Sequence record: SRR22947725_5371
Length of the DNA stretch: 45,682 nt
Reading direction: 5' to 3' (one strand)
The translations under genes were made by a program, and so were the position numbers. Shown piece by piece: positions 9,241 to 18,716 of this stretch; the stretch's first letter is position 1, and each line of letters starts with the position of its first letter. The notes under the pieces were generated by a model. It saw only the letters and a program-made list of their open reading frames with translations, searched no databases and had not been told where the DNA came from.

Positions 9241-12200
9241 ATTCGGCTAATCGATCTCCGATTTCCTTCTCTGAAGGCAGCTCTGGCATTAGCTCCTCAC
9301 CACTTGCGGCATAGAAGAAGCTGGCTTGAATTCGTTCCACCGGAATCCTCTTGTGACGCGAAAGAGCGATTCGATAGAGGGCCAGCTGCACAGCCTTTTC
9401 GGCAATCTCCTGCTTGGAGCTAGGTATCTTGCCCGACTTCCAGTCCACAACGTGCCACATGTCATCGAGTTTGTAGACGGCATCGAGTTTGCAAACCACG
9501 ACGGTCCCGCCGAGGGAGAACTCAATTGGCGTTTCCACCAGCTCCGGGGTGAGTTTGGCTAAGCGACTTTCAAGAAAGCTAACCCCGAGCTTTCTTTCTG
9601 TCTCCTCCCATGAGGCCAGATCGAGTTCGCTTCCGGCCAAAAACGCACTCTCAAGGCTGGCGTGGAAGCTGGTGCCAAGTGCTGCTGCCTCGGAGTACTC
9701 ACTCGGGACCGGGCGAATCAACGAGGCGGCAAATTTGGCAGGATCGGCAAGCAGGGCAACAACCGAAGATGCCGAAAGCCTCAAAGGCAACTGAGCCAGA
9801 ATCTCGCCAGAGCGCTCTCGCTCCTCCAGCAGAAGTGCCAGCTCAGCAACCTTGTCGATACTTGCAGGGGGTGCAGTCGACACCAGGCTCGCGGCCTGCT
9901 CCCAACCTTCGCGCCTATTCCCGAGCGGATCAAATGGCCAACTAATTTGCCGCTCAGGAAACTCTGGCCGCTCTCCAACCTCTGGTATTTCAGCCTGAAC
10001 CAGTTCTCTTTCCAAAAGCTCAAGCAGAAACCTCGAGAGCTCCTTTGGTTTAGCTGCGCTGCGGGAGAAGTGCGACGCGGTTATCAAAAGCTTCTTTGCG
10101 GCTCGGGTGATCGCGACGTAGCACAACCTGCGCTCCTCTATTAGCTGACGCTCGCGGTTTAGCTCTCGATAGGCATCGTTTTGCCTCTTGAACTCATTCT
10201 GATTGGCCGCCTTCTTGAACTCGACCGGGGGAAGGGATCCCCGATCCTGTCTCAAAATTGTGGGGAGCTCGCCAGCCTCAAGCTCTCCAGCAAGTCCCTT
10301 TGCGCCGGTGGGGAAAGTCCCCTCGGTAAATTGCGGCAGCACAACCACGTCCCACTCAAGACCCTTAGCGGCGTGGATGGTCATGAGCTGAACCACGCCC
10401 TTTTTGCTTCCCGAGCGAGGAACCTCAAAGCGTTCCTGTTCTTTAGCTAGATCTAGCCAAGAGACAAATGTTGACAAGGAGAGGGTCTCGGCCATGGATT
10501 CGAACTCTGCAATGCGAGCGAGAAAGGCCTGAAGGTTTGCAAGTGGATTCTCTGCATCGCTATGTGCAAAAAGCTCAATGTCAAGTTCAAATTGTGAAAT
10601 AGCCAATTGCGCAATCTCACTGGGTGCCAGCGCGAGTTGCCGCCTGAGGTTAGCGAGGATTTTGGCAAGCCGCGTCAGCCTCGCCTCACCCTCAGCGCTC
10701 AATCCCAGCTTGCCCTTGTTGGAAGGTTTCTCTATTTCGTCAATTAGCTCGACGATGGTCACCGGTTTCGACTGATCAACTTCTGTCCGGATAGAGCTGA
10801 GCCTCCTTGCTGACTCTGCGAGTGCGACCAGGTCTGAAGGTGCGATACGAAACTTGGGGCCGGCCGCAATGCGGAGGAGCTCGGCACCGGCCTCGGGCTG
10901 TACCAAGACCTTGAGAATTGCAATGAGATCTGCGACCTCTGGCTCCTCAATCAGGCCGGAAAGGCCGGTGACCTCGTGGGTGACACCTAATTCGCTGAGT
11001 TTTGTCGAGTAAAGCTTCATCGAGGCCCTGGTGCGGAAAAGTATTGCGCAGCTAGTTTCGGCATCAACCTCCGACGCTAGGTAGTTTGCCACCGCCTCCA
11101 CCTCGGTGAGTTCGTCTTGAAAGATGCTGACCTCAACTTGAGATTCGTGCCCCAAACCACTGGTCAGCGAGATTGGGGTCAGACCGGTCTGGGGAATCTC
11201 AGAGGCTATGTGGTTTGCGGCATCGAGAATTTTTGCCCCCGAGCGCCATGAGGCCGAGAGTGCGAAGGTTGCGGATCCGCCGAAGTCCAGGTGGAAGTTT
11301 GCGAGGTTTTCACTTGATGCTCCGCGCCATCCGTAGATGGCCTGGTTTGGGTCGCCAACGGCCATTACCGGCCGGCCGGCAAAGAGCCGGGCCAGCAGTT
11401 CAGTCTGAATATTTGAGGTGTCCTGATACTCGTCGAGCATTACGAACCTGTAATCGAGCTCGAAATCAACTCTTTCCAGAGCCTCAAGGGCAAGCGCGAC
11501 CTGATCGGAAAAGTCCACGACATTGCGCTCGCGCTTGAGGTCCCGGTAGCGCTGGGCTAGCTCGAATATCAATTTGTTTTTGGCGGCATCGTCCAAAAAG
11601 TCTTGGGTGTAGCTAAACCGGCCGTCCTGCTTTTCATTCTTGGGGATGCTTGCGAGGTGGTTTGAGAATTCGTCCAGATAATCCTGAACCGACTGCGCCT
11701 GAACTCTGTGATCAGTTAGTAAACCCGCTGCCTTCAAAACGGCAGTGAGCAAGCTGCCCCCGGTGAGTTGCCAATGCTCCAGCCCGGGATAGTCGCTCAA
11801 CGAGGCGCTGTCGAGTAGCTCCTTGGCAAGTGCTGTGCTCGCAGCGTCGGTAATCAACTTCGCATCGGACTCAAAACCAATTTCGAGCGCCAGCGAACGA
11901 AAAATCTCGTTTCCAAAGGAGTTATAAGTGACGATCTTGGCCGGAAGAAAGTCTTCCTCGAGATCTTGGGGCCAAAGACTTGACTCCCTGAGCTTGATTA
12001 GCCCCTGCTGAACCCTCGATGAGAGTTCTGCCGCAGCCTTTTTAGTAAAGGTGAGTCCGAGAATTTGATCAGGCCGAGCAAAGGAGTTAGCCACCAAATA
12101 CAAGATTCTGACCATCATGAGCTCGGTCTTGCCCGATCCAGCGCCAGCGATTACTAGGGTTGGCTCCTGTATCGAACTCTGCTCGACGATTGCGCGCTGC

Positions 12201-12262
12201 TCCACCGTGAGCTTGTTGCCAGATACGAGCTCGAAAACCTGGTCTGCGCTGACTCTAGCCAC
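9218..12262 (-). CDS. adnB: AdnB helicase-nuclease subunit
   Basis: AGAGSGKT, DEYQD, VGDPNQAIYGWRGA, TIHAAKGLEW; C-terminal PD-(D/E)XK nuclease (LDAVY..DWKSG..QLALY). Confidence 0.85.
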   Translation of the reverse strand: MARVSADQVFELVSGNKLTVEQRAIVEQSSIQEPTLVIAGAGSGKTELMMVRILYLVANSFARPDQILGLTFTKKAAAELSSRVQQGLIKLRESSLWPQDLEEDFLPAKIVTYNSFGNEIFRSLALEIGFESDAKLITDAASTALAKELLDSASLSDYPGLEHWQLTGGSLLTAVLKAAGLLTDHRVQAQSVQDYLDEFSNHLASIPKNEKQDGRFSYTQDFLDDAAKNKLIFELAQRYRDLKRERNVVDFSDQVALALEALERVDFELDYRFVMLDEYQDTSNIQTELLARLFAGRPVMAVGDPNQAIYGWRGASSENLANFHLDFGGSATFALSASWRSGAKILDAANHIASEIPQTGLTPISLTSGLGHESQVEVSIFQDELTEVEAVANYLASEVDAETSCAILFRTRASMKLYSTKLSELGVTHEVTGLSGLIEEPEVADLIAILKVLVQPEAGAELLRIAAGPKFRIAPSDLVALAESARRLSSIRTEVDQSKPVTIVELIDEIEKPSNKGKLGLSAEGEARLTRLAKILANLRRQLALAPSEIAQLAISQFELDIELFAHSDAENPLANLQAFLARIAEFESMAETLSLSTFVSWLDLAKEQERFEVPRSGSKKGVVQLMTIHAAKGLEWDVVVLPQFTEGTFPTGAKGLAGELEAGELPTILRQDRGSLPPVEFKKAANQNEFKRQNDAYRELNRERQLIEERRLCYVAITRAAKKLLITASHFSRSAAKPKELSRFLLELLERELVQAEIPEVGERPEFPERQISWPFDPLGNRREGWEQAASLVSTAPPASIDKVAELALLLEERERSGEILAQLPLRLSASSVVALLADPAKFAASLIRPVPSEYSEAAALGTSFHASLESAFLAGSELDLASWEETERKLGVSFLESRLAKLTPELVETPIEFSLGGTVVVCKLDAVYKLDDMWHVVDWKSGKIPSSKQEIAEKAVQLALYRIALSRHKRIPVERIQASFFYAASGEELMPELPSEKEIGDRLAEFRKVRRG

Positions 12263-15146
12263 CTGTTATCACCCGGCCAATCAAGAGCTGACAGCTGCCG
12301 TTTTTCTCGCAGTGCTCATCAATCCGCGCAGTGAACAAACCGTTCTCGAGTTGTCCCTGGATCGCTCCGGCAACCTCGGTTAGTTCATCCCGCAGTTCCT
12401 CACTGAGCGCTGGCTGCGCAAGAGTTTTGACCTTATTTGAACCGATTGAAACCAAACGGCCTCCAGCAGGTTTCTCGTCATAGGTGGACTCAATTGCCAG
12501 CTGGTAGATGGCAAGCTGCCGGTGACTAGCCATTTCGGCCTGGCTTGGCATTTTCTTACCGGTCTTGAGGTCCACAGCCTCGAGACCCTGTTCGCTTCTT
12601 TCGATGCGGTCGATCCGTCCGCTCACCTGAAGTGAGCCAATCGTTACTCGGAATCCCTTTTCGGCTGCTACCAGCTCCGCCGAAGAAGCCAGGTACTCAG
12701 AGATCAACCCCGTCATCTGCGCCGCTTCCCTGCGAGATTTATTGGCTAGCCACTCGGACTCAAACTCGACTGTGTGCCAGCTCTGGTCAACAAAGTCCGC
12801 TGGGTCGGCTCCGCTCGAGGCGGCCTCCAAGGCTGCGTGCAACAAAGTTCCCACCGAGGCCTGGAAACCACCCTGGTCTCCCCCGAAGCTAGAGATAAAC
12901 CAGTGCAGCGGACACTGTTCAAAACTTTCAAACTTTGAGGCACTAACCCGAATGTCACTGGCGGCGATGCCGTCCTCGCGACTTAGCGGAAGTAGCCCCT
13001 GCCAGTTTTCTGGATGTGCTCCCGGTAGACCCGCAAGGGCCATCGCGGCAAGCGTTGCAGCAGCGCTCTCGTCCCCGTGATAGAGCCTTCTGCGAAGCCT
13101 CCCCACCACTCGCCTCAGATCAAAGTCGATGCTCTCGCGATTCAGTTCGGGTTCCAGCTTTGCCATTTGGAAGAACTGGCTGGGCTGCTCTGTCTCGTCC
13201 TCAATTGCGCTCAGGAGCAACTGCTCGGTTGCGCTCCCGCAGGCTCGGTAGAACATCCTTAGCTCGTCTGCAAGTTCGCTCCTAGCCGGAGTCTCGGGAG
13301 ACTCCTGCCTTCCCACAAGAAAGGCTTGAAGTGACGTTGCTCCAAGGAGCGAGTTTCTTGGTGTGAGGTTGGGCCAAATGCCCTCCTGCAAGCGAGGCAT
13401 CGCGACCAGCTTGTAGCTTTTTGAGACCTGAGCTGGGGTTGCAAGCACCACAGCTGGTTTGGTGCCAATTGGAGCAAGCGAGTCCTCGGGCACCCCAAGT
13501 TCAAGCTGCAACTGAGCAAAGCTCAAAGGGTTTCCCAGCTCCCTCTCGTCCCAGCGCTGAGCCGCTGCGAAAAGCTCAAGGGCCGCATCGAGCGAACGAT
13601 TAGCAGCCAGAGCGGTCGCACCGGAACCTCGCGATAACTCGGCCAGTCTTGAATCGGCTAGCGAAAACCCGATTGAAACCACTTGGTGCGCTCCCGGATT
13701 GTAAAGCTGCCTAACTGCCCATACCGCATCCTTGAGTTGCTGCAATCTTGCCGGTAGCTCAATAGCCTCAAACTCGGCAGCGAAGACTTTTTCAAGCATT
13801 TCATTTCGGGTTAGTGCCGAGAGCTCCTCTAGGTTGGCAAGTTGTCTGAGAGCTCTTCGCTGGGCCAGTGAATCAAGGCCAACCAGAGGGGAGCCAATTA
13901 GCTCGAGGATCACTTTCCCATCCAGGCCATCAAGAGCCAGGCGCATAAATAGCAGTAGTGCCCTTGCCATGCTCTGGTCTCTAAGGGGCCGCTGAACACC
14001 CTGAATCCTGACCGGTACTCCTCGAGCGCTCAACTCCCTCGATAGCTGTTCCAGCTGAACCCTGGTTCTTCCCACCACCAACATCTCTGACCAGTCAATG
14101 TGCTTTGTCAGCCGGCTTTTGCGAAGCTCTGCGGCAAGGAAATCAGTCTCGGCAATTAGGTTGTCAAATTTCATCGCCAAGACAGAATCGGCAGTGGCAT
14201 TTGGTCGAGGGCGGTGACCAACGGGCCCGGAGGCTGGGATTCTCGATGAGAGCGCGCTCATTAGGTTCTTTGCGCAACTGGCTGAGCCCGCTGGCTCAAG
14301 AAAGATCTGAATGGCCTCACGGTGGTTCGCGAGCTCCAAAAACTGAGCACTTGAGGAATTGCGAAATCCTAAGGTGGCAACATCTGGATCACCAAAAACA
14401 AACAGCACTCGATTGCTTGCAAGAGCCTGTACCAGTCTCAGCTGGCCCGCAGAGAGATTATGTGCGTCATCCACCAAGAGGAAGCGGTGCGGCAGCTCCG
14501 CAAGATTTTCGGCTGCCGCCGCCACGGCAAGTTGAGAGCTGTCGACCAGACCCTCAAGCCCAAGGTGCTCTCGGTAGGGCTCAAGAAGCTCAATAGCTGG
14601 CCCGAGTCGGAGCTTAGGAAACTCCGCTTGAAGCTCCTGGAGCTGAATTTGACTCAGGCCACTTTCGATAATCACCGCCAGCAGGTCGCGAAGCTCTTGA
14701 ACAAAACCCTCCAGCTCGAGGCTCTCCACGCTTAGTTTCCAATCCGAGGCTTTCGTTGCGGTTAGTCGATCGGAAACCAGCCGCTGCAGCAGGGTCTGCT
14801 GGTGAGCACCAGAGAGCAAGCGAATTGGAGCTTTTGCGCTCAAAACTTCGAAGGCAACCGAGGAAACCGATCTTGCACGAGGGCTTTCACTGGACTGATT
14901 CGAATCAAGTGCGATTTGGTCCCTCAGTATCGCCGCTGCCATGCGCGAGGGAGTCAGCACGAGAATCTCAGAGGGCGCGGCCCCATTTGCCTCGAGGCGT
15001 CCCACAATATGGCGAAGCGCAGAGGTCTTGCCGGTGAGCGGAGCTCCAATTATTGCGGCCGATGTTGCAAGATCAAGACTCTCAAGACCAGTTAGGACGC
15101 GCAGGTCGTTGGTCTGAGAATCTGCAAAAGCGGCGAAGCTGTTCAT
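12255..15146 (-). CDS. adnA: AdnA helicase-nuclease subunit
   Basis: Degenerate motor motifs (GAPLTGKT, DDAHN); C-terminal nuclease (CPLHWF, GRIDRIE, DLKTG, QLAIY); overlaps adnB start. Confidence 0.85.
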   Translation of the reverse strand: MNSFAAFADSQTNDLRVLTGLESLDLATSAAIIGAPLTGKTSALRHIVGRLEANGAAPSEILVLTPSRMAAAILRDQIALDSNQSSESPRARSVSSVAFEVLSAKAPIRLLSGAHQQTLLQRLVSDRLTATKASDWKLSVESLELEGFVQELRDLLAVIIESGLSQIQLQELQAEFPKLRLGPAIELLEPYREHLGLEGLVDSSQLAVAAAAENLAELPHRFLLVDDAHNLSAGQLRLVQALASNRVLFVFGDPDVATLGFRNSSSAQFLELANHREAIQIFLEPAGSASCAKNLMSALSSRIPASGPVGHRPRPNATADSVLAMKFDNLIAETDFLAAELRKSRLTKHIDWSEMLVVGRTRVQLEQLSRELSARGVPVRIQGVQRPLRDQSMARALLLFMRLALDGLDGKVILELIGSPLVGLDSLAQRRALRQLANLEELSALTRNEMLEKVFAAEFEAIELPARLQQLKDAVWAVRQLYNPGAHQVVSIGFSLADSRLAELSRGSGATALAANRSLDAALELFAAAQRWDERELGNPLSFAQLQLELGVPEDSLAPIGTKPAVVLATPAQVSKSYKLVAMPRLQEGIWPNLTPRNSLLGATSLQAFLVGRQESPETPARSELADELRMFYRACGSATEQLLLSAIEDETEQPSQFFQMAKLEPELNRESIDFDLRRVVGRLRRRLYHGDESAAATLAAMALAGLPGAHPENWQGLLPLSREDGIAASDIRVSASKFESFEQCPLHWFISSFGGDQGGFQASVGTLLHAALEAASSGADPADFVDQSWHTVEFESEWLANKSRREAAQMTGLISEYLASSAELVAAEKGFRVTIGSLQVSGRIDRIERSEQGLEAVDLKTGKKMPSQAEMASHRQLAIYQLAIESTYDEKPAGGRLVSIGSNKVKTLAQPALSEELRDELTEVAGAIQGQLENGLFTARIDEHCEKNGSCQLLIGRVITGG

Positions 15147-15152
15147 GGGAAC

Positions 15153-15174
15153 AACCTAATTGGCCGAGGTGACA
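15153..15174 (-). promoter_or_regulatory. RecA-NDp/PafBC-type promoter of adnAB
   Basis: Minus strand TGTCAC-N10-TAGGTT-6 nt-ATG. Confidence 0.7.
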
Positions 15175-15217
15175 TTGTTGTTGTCGTAACCTATAGAACA
15201 AAGTTCTTAGGAGAAAC

Positions 15218-15436
15218 GTGGAAGTCAGAATCGGCATCAAGGAAAACGGCAGAGACATTAGCTTCGAGTCTGACCAGGACGCCAAGGCTCTGACCGCTCT
15301 GGTCGACGAGGCACTGAGCGGCTCGATGCTCAAGCTGACTGACAACAAGGGCAAGTTGATTTTGGTTCCATCCAGCAGTATCGCCTACGTCGAGATCGGT
15401 GCCGAAGAGGGTCGAAGGGTAGGTTTCATCGCCTAA
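15218..15436 (+). CDS. DUF3107 family small protein
   Basis: MEVRIGI...LTDNKG..LVPSSSIAYVEIG..RRVGF; AGGAG SD. Confidence 0.9.
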   Translation: MEVRIGIKENGRDISFESDQDAKALTALVDEALSGSMLKLTDNKGKLILVPSSSIAYVEIGAEEGRRVGFIA

Positions 15437-15735
15437 TGGAGATCCTGGTAGTCATCGCCTACGCAGCCATACTTGCGCTGGTTGCCCCGTTTGTTTTTCC
15501 ACCAAGTGAGCACTACGGCAAGCTGGTTCCAGCCGGAATCGCGCTTGTGTCTGGAGCGGGAGCGTGGCTGACTCTCACCTGGCTAGGTTTCCATTACGAC
15601 GAGGCCTGGATCTGGTTCATCGTGATGATCGCCATGCCGCTTGCTGCGTGGTTTGGCACCAGGGCCATCGAGGCAACCAGGAAAAAGCAGGAAGAAGCTG
15701 AGCTAGAGGCTATTCGAGCCGCCGCTAGGCGGTAA
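15436..15735 (+). CDS. Small three-TM hypothetical membrane protein
   Basis: Three hydrophobic segments and a charged tail; TAATG coupling to DUF3107. Confidence 0.75.
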   Translation: MEILVVIAYAAILALVAPFVFPPSEHYGKLVPAGIALVSGAGAWLTLTWLGFHYDEAWIWFIVMIAMPLAAWFGTRAIEATRKKQEEAELEAIRAAARR

Positions 15736-16480
15736 GCCCAAGAGCATCCATCCGCAGGGTGTGCTGGGATATCAGTTCGGACGTGAGCGGCTCAAGCAGC
15801 TTGAACTGCTCACGAGTGAGCGAGACTACGTCTTCGCTCTTGCCGAGATTCAAAGCCTCAAAGCTAACCATGTCTCTGACCTCGAGAAGGGCATCGGCAA
15901 CAATAGCCCGCCCGAATAGAGCTAAGTCATTGGCCAAAGACGGGTTGTCTGCAATAGACCTTGAAAGCGCCTGCTCACAAAAATCCATCAGTGAGTTATC
16001 CGAGAGCATCGCCTCTACTCGAACCCGCCTGGCCGCGGTTAGTCCCTTGGCAACCCGAAGCTGGCAATCCTCCAGAAGTCCAAAGACGACGTAGATGCGC
16101 ATCAAGTCCTCGTGCCAGCCATAGCCCTCGGTGCGCTCGACGAGAGCGTCCAGGCGATCGCGCATGTCCTGCTGCAGCTCCATGTAACTGCTGCCGAGCT
16201 TGAGAAGTTGGTCCTCCAGCTCATTGCCACGCTCTAAGTAGCTAGCTGCTATCTGACGTTGCTGAGAGGCGAACCCCTCACTTGGCGAGTCTTTGGAGTC
16301 GTCGGTAAGAAGATCGGAAATTAGAAAGTGCTGCTGAATTAGCTGAGAGAAAAATACTTCTGTAGCGGGAATTAGCTTCGCTGGGTTAAGCTGGGACTGA
16401 CTGCGGCCCGCTGAGGCATCGCGAGAGGGCAGGGTTAGGGTCTGAGAGACCTTCCTGATCCGTCTAATCCAATCCAGCAT
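15725..16480 (-). CDS. Ferritin-like fold protein (MiaE-like)
   Basis: Helical protein ending HTLRMDALGLTA; conserved position divergent from the DEAD helicase. Confidence 0.75.
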   Translation of the reverse strand: MLDWIRRIRKVSQTLTLPSRDASAGRSQSQLNPAKLIPATEVFFSQLIQQHFLISDLLTDDSKDSPSEGFASQQRQIAASYLERGNELEDQLLKLGSSYMELQQDMRDRLDALVERTEGYGWHEDLMRIYVVFGLLEDCQLRVAKGLTAARRVRVEAMLSDNSLMDFCEQALSRSIADNPSLANDLALFGRAIVADALLEVRDMVSFEALNLGKSEDVVSLTREQFKLLEPLTSELISQHTLRMDALGLTA

Positions 16481-16546
16481 GCAGCAAGTTTATAGGCGGA
16501 GCCATTCTCAAGGTTGAGATGCGGTCATTACATACTGGAGAAGTAC

Positions 16547-17860
16547 TTGAACTTTAGAAACCTGGGCATAGATGAAGACATCTGTGACGCATTAGATTCC
16601 AAATCCATCACACAACCATTCCCAATTCAGCAACAAGCCATTCCGCTTGCGTTATCTGGAGTCGATCTGATCGGCCAGGCAAAGACCGGAACCGGTAAAA
16701 CCTTTGGCTTTGGACTTCCCATGCTTCAAATGCTTGGCCCTAACCCTCAGCACCTTGCACGAGGACTGGTGGTAGTTCCGACCCGAGAGCTCGCCCTGCA
16801 GGTGACAGAGGATCTCAGGCTTGCATCAATGAACCGCACCACCAGAGTTGTTGAGATCTACGGTGGCAAGTCCTATGAGAGTCAGATCGAAGAGCTCGGC
16901 AAGGGAGCAGACGTCGTCGTCGGCACCCCCGGCCGTCTGTTGGACCTTCACAAGCAGAAGCTGATCAACCTCTCGGCCATTACCTACCTGGTTCTCGATG
17001 AGGCCGATGAAATGCTCGACCTGGGATTCCTTCCAGACATCGAGAAGATGTTTGCGCTGCTGCCCCCAGAGCGTCAGACCCTACTCTTCTCTGCGACCAT
17101 GCCAGCCCAGATTCTCTCGCTAGCTCGTCGCTACCAGCGCAAGCCAATCCACATTCGCGCGAGCGACCCAGACGAGGGTAAGACCAAGGCCGACATCAAG
17201 CAGGTCGTCTACCGCGCCCACGCACTGGACAAGGACGAGGTGCTCGGGAGAATCCTGCAGGCTGAGGGTCGCGGTAAGACCGTCATCTTTGTTCGTACCA
17301 AACGCCTCAGCGCGAAGCTCGCCGAGGAACTCGTCGATCGTGGTTTCAACGCCGCTCCTTTACACGGAGACATGGCACAGGTTGCCAGGGAGAAGTCCAT
17401 GGCTGCCTTCCGCTCCGGCAAAAAGGATGTCCTGGTCGCTACTGAAGTTGCGGCGAGAGGTATTGACGTTGACGATGTGACGCACGTCATTAACTATTCG
17501 GTTCCCGAGGATGAGAAGGCCTATCTGCACCGCACCGGTCGAACCGGTAGGGCCGGCAAGCTCGGAGTTGCGGTGACGTTTGTGGACTGGGCAGACCTTG
17601 CTCGTTGGACCCACATCGACCGTGAGCTAGAGCTCGGTAAGCCAGAGCCTGTGGAGACGTATTCGTCTTCGAAGCACCTATTTGAAGACCTCGGCATCCC
17701 AGCGGGAACCAAGGGAAGGCTGCGCGCATCTACTGCCCAGCCAAAAGAAAAGAGTCAGCCTGAGAGGCGCTCAAAGCCGCAGTCTCAGGAGAAGAGTCAG
17801 CCCCCGCGCAACCGCGAGCGCCGCAGAAACTACAGGGGCGCTTCGAAGCCTTCTGCCTGA
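16547..17860 (+). CDS. DEAD-box RNA helicase
   Basis: Q motif, AKTGTGKT, PTRELA, TPGR, DEAD, SAT, ARGID, HRTGRTGR; start moved to TTG 16547 after GGAG. Confidence 0.95.
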   Translation: MNFRNLGIDEDICDALDSKSITQPFPIQQQAIPLALSGVDLIGQAKTGTGKTFGFGLPMLQMLGPNPQHLARGLVVVPTRELALQVTEDLRLASMNRTTRVVEIYGGKSYESQIEELGKGADVVVGTPGRLLDLHKQKLINLSAITYLVLDEADEMLDLGFLPDIEKMFALLPPERQTLLFSATMPAQILSLARRYQRKPIHIRASDPDEGKTKADIKQVVYRAHALDKDEVLGRILQAEGRGKTVIFVRTKRLSAKLAEELVDRGFNAAPLHGDMAQVAREKSMAAFRSGKKDVLVATEVAARGIDVDDVTHVINYSVPEDEKAYLHRTGRTGRAGKLGVAVTFVDWADLARWTHIDRELELGKPEPVETYSSSKHLFEDLGIPAGTKGRLRASTAQPKEKSQPERRSKPQSQEKSQPPRNRERRRNYRGASKPSA

Positions 17861-18699
17861 TCGATTATTCGCTCAAGCATCTCTTTCTCGGTTGTGTTCT
17901 CGGCCAATAGGTTCTCTTTAGCACCCAGCCCGTGATAGTCAGACGAGCCGGTCTGAATCAGGTTGTGCTTTTGAGCTAGAGCCGTAAGCCACCTTCTGGC
18001 AAAATCTGGCACCGATCTGTGATTTACCTCCACGCCATCAAGTCCCGCCGCAATTAGTGCCTCGAAGTGTTCGGTCGGAAGGTCGAGCTCAGAGGCGCCC
18101 GCCGGGAAGTCAATTAGCGGATGCGCCATCACCGACACTCCCCCTGCACGCCTGATGAGCCCGATGGCCTGTGCGGTGTCAAGCGAGTGATCCGAAACGT
18201 AATAGGGACTTGTGCGGTGGAGTATCGAGGTAAAGGCATCCGAGCGCGTGGGCACTATGCCAAGTGCCACCAGCGCATCGGCAATTGCCGGCCTTCCAAC
18301 AGTTGCCCCCGGCTCAATCTGGGCCTCAATGTCTGCCCAGGAAATCTCATAGTCTCCAGAGAGTAAATCAACCATCTTGCGAGCTCTGGTTACCCTCGAG
18401 TCTCTTGTCTTGGCCAGCTCCGAGACAAGCTCTGGGTGCTCAGGATTTGGCAAATAGGCAAGGATGTGTACGGAGATTCTCCTGCCGTTTCCAATCTCAC
18501 TGCGGGTCGATACCTCAATGCCCGGTACCAGTCCAATTCCCTCACGGCGAGCTGCTGAGATGGCCTCATCCCAGCCAGAGGTGGTGTCGTGATCGGTGAT
18601 TGCTAATACGCTGATACCGCACGCAGCAGCCTTCTGAACCAGCTCGGTAGGAGTATCCAACCCATCAGAGCGGTTCGAGTGTGTATGAAGGTCAATCAC
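17830..18699 (-). CDS. PHP domain phosphoesterase (TrpH/YciV-like)
   Basis: DLHTHS..SDG, TDHDT, GRPAIA, AHP, GSSDYHG; start moved to GTG 18699. Confidence 0.9.
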   Translation of the reverse strand: MIDLHTHSNRSDGLDTPTELVQKAAACGISVLAITDHDTTSGWDEAISAARREGIGLVPGIEVSTRSEIGNGRRISVHILAYLPNPEHPELVSELAKTRDSRVTRARKMVDLLSGDYEISWADIEAQIEPGATVGRPAIADALVALGIVPTRSDAFTSILHRTSPYYVSDHSLDTAQAIGLIRRAGGVSVMAHPLIDFPAGASELDLPTEHFEALIAAGLDGVEVNHRSVPDFARRWLTALAQKHNLIQTGSSDYHGLGAKENLLAENTTEKEMLERIIDQAEGFEAPL

Positions 18700-18716
18700 A
18701 GGAGCAGAATAGTCGC
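18700..18716. promoter_or_regulatory. Bidirectional overlapping -10 elements, leaderless on both sides
   Basis: Plus CAGAAT (18705-18710) is 6 nt before ATG 18717; minus TATTCT (18711-18706) is 6 nt before GTG 18699. Confidence 0.65.

Noticed and set aside
9218-15146. Novel helicase-nuclease defence system or Cas4
   Set aside because: Architecture and synteny match housekeeping AdnAB; no CRISPR repeats seen
17735-17830. Repeated EKSQP in the helicase tail
   Set aside because: Ordinary low-complexity basic tail of DEAD-box helicases
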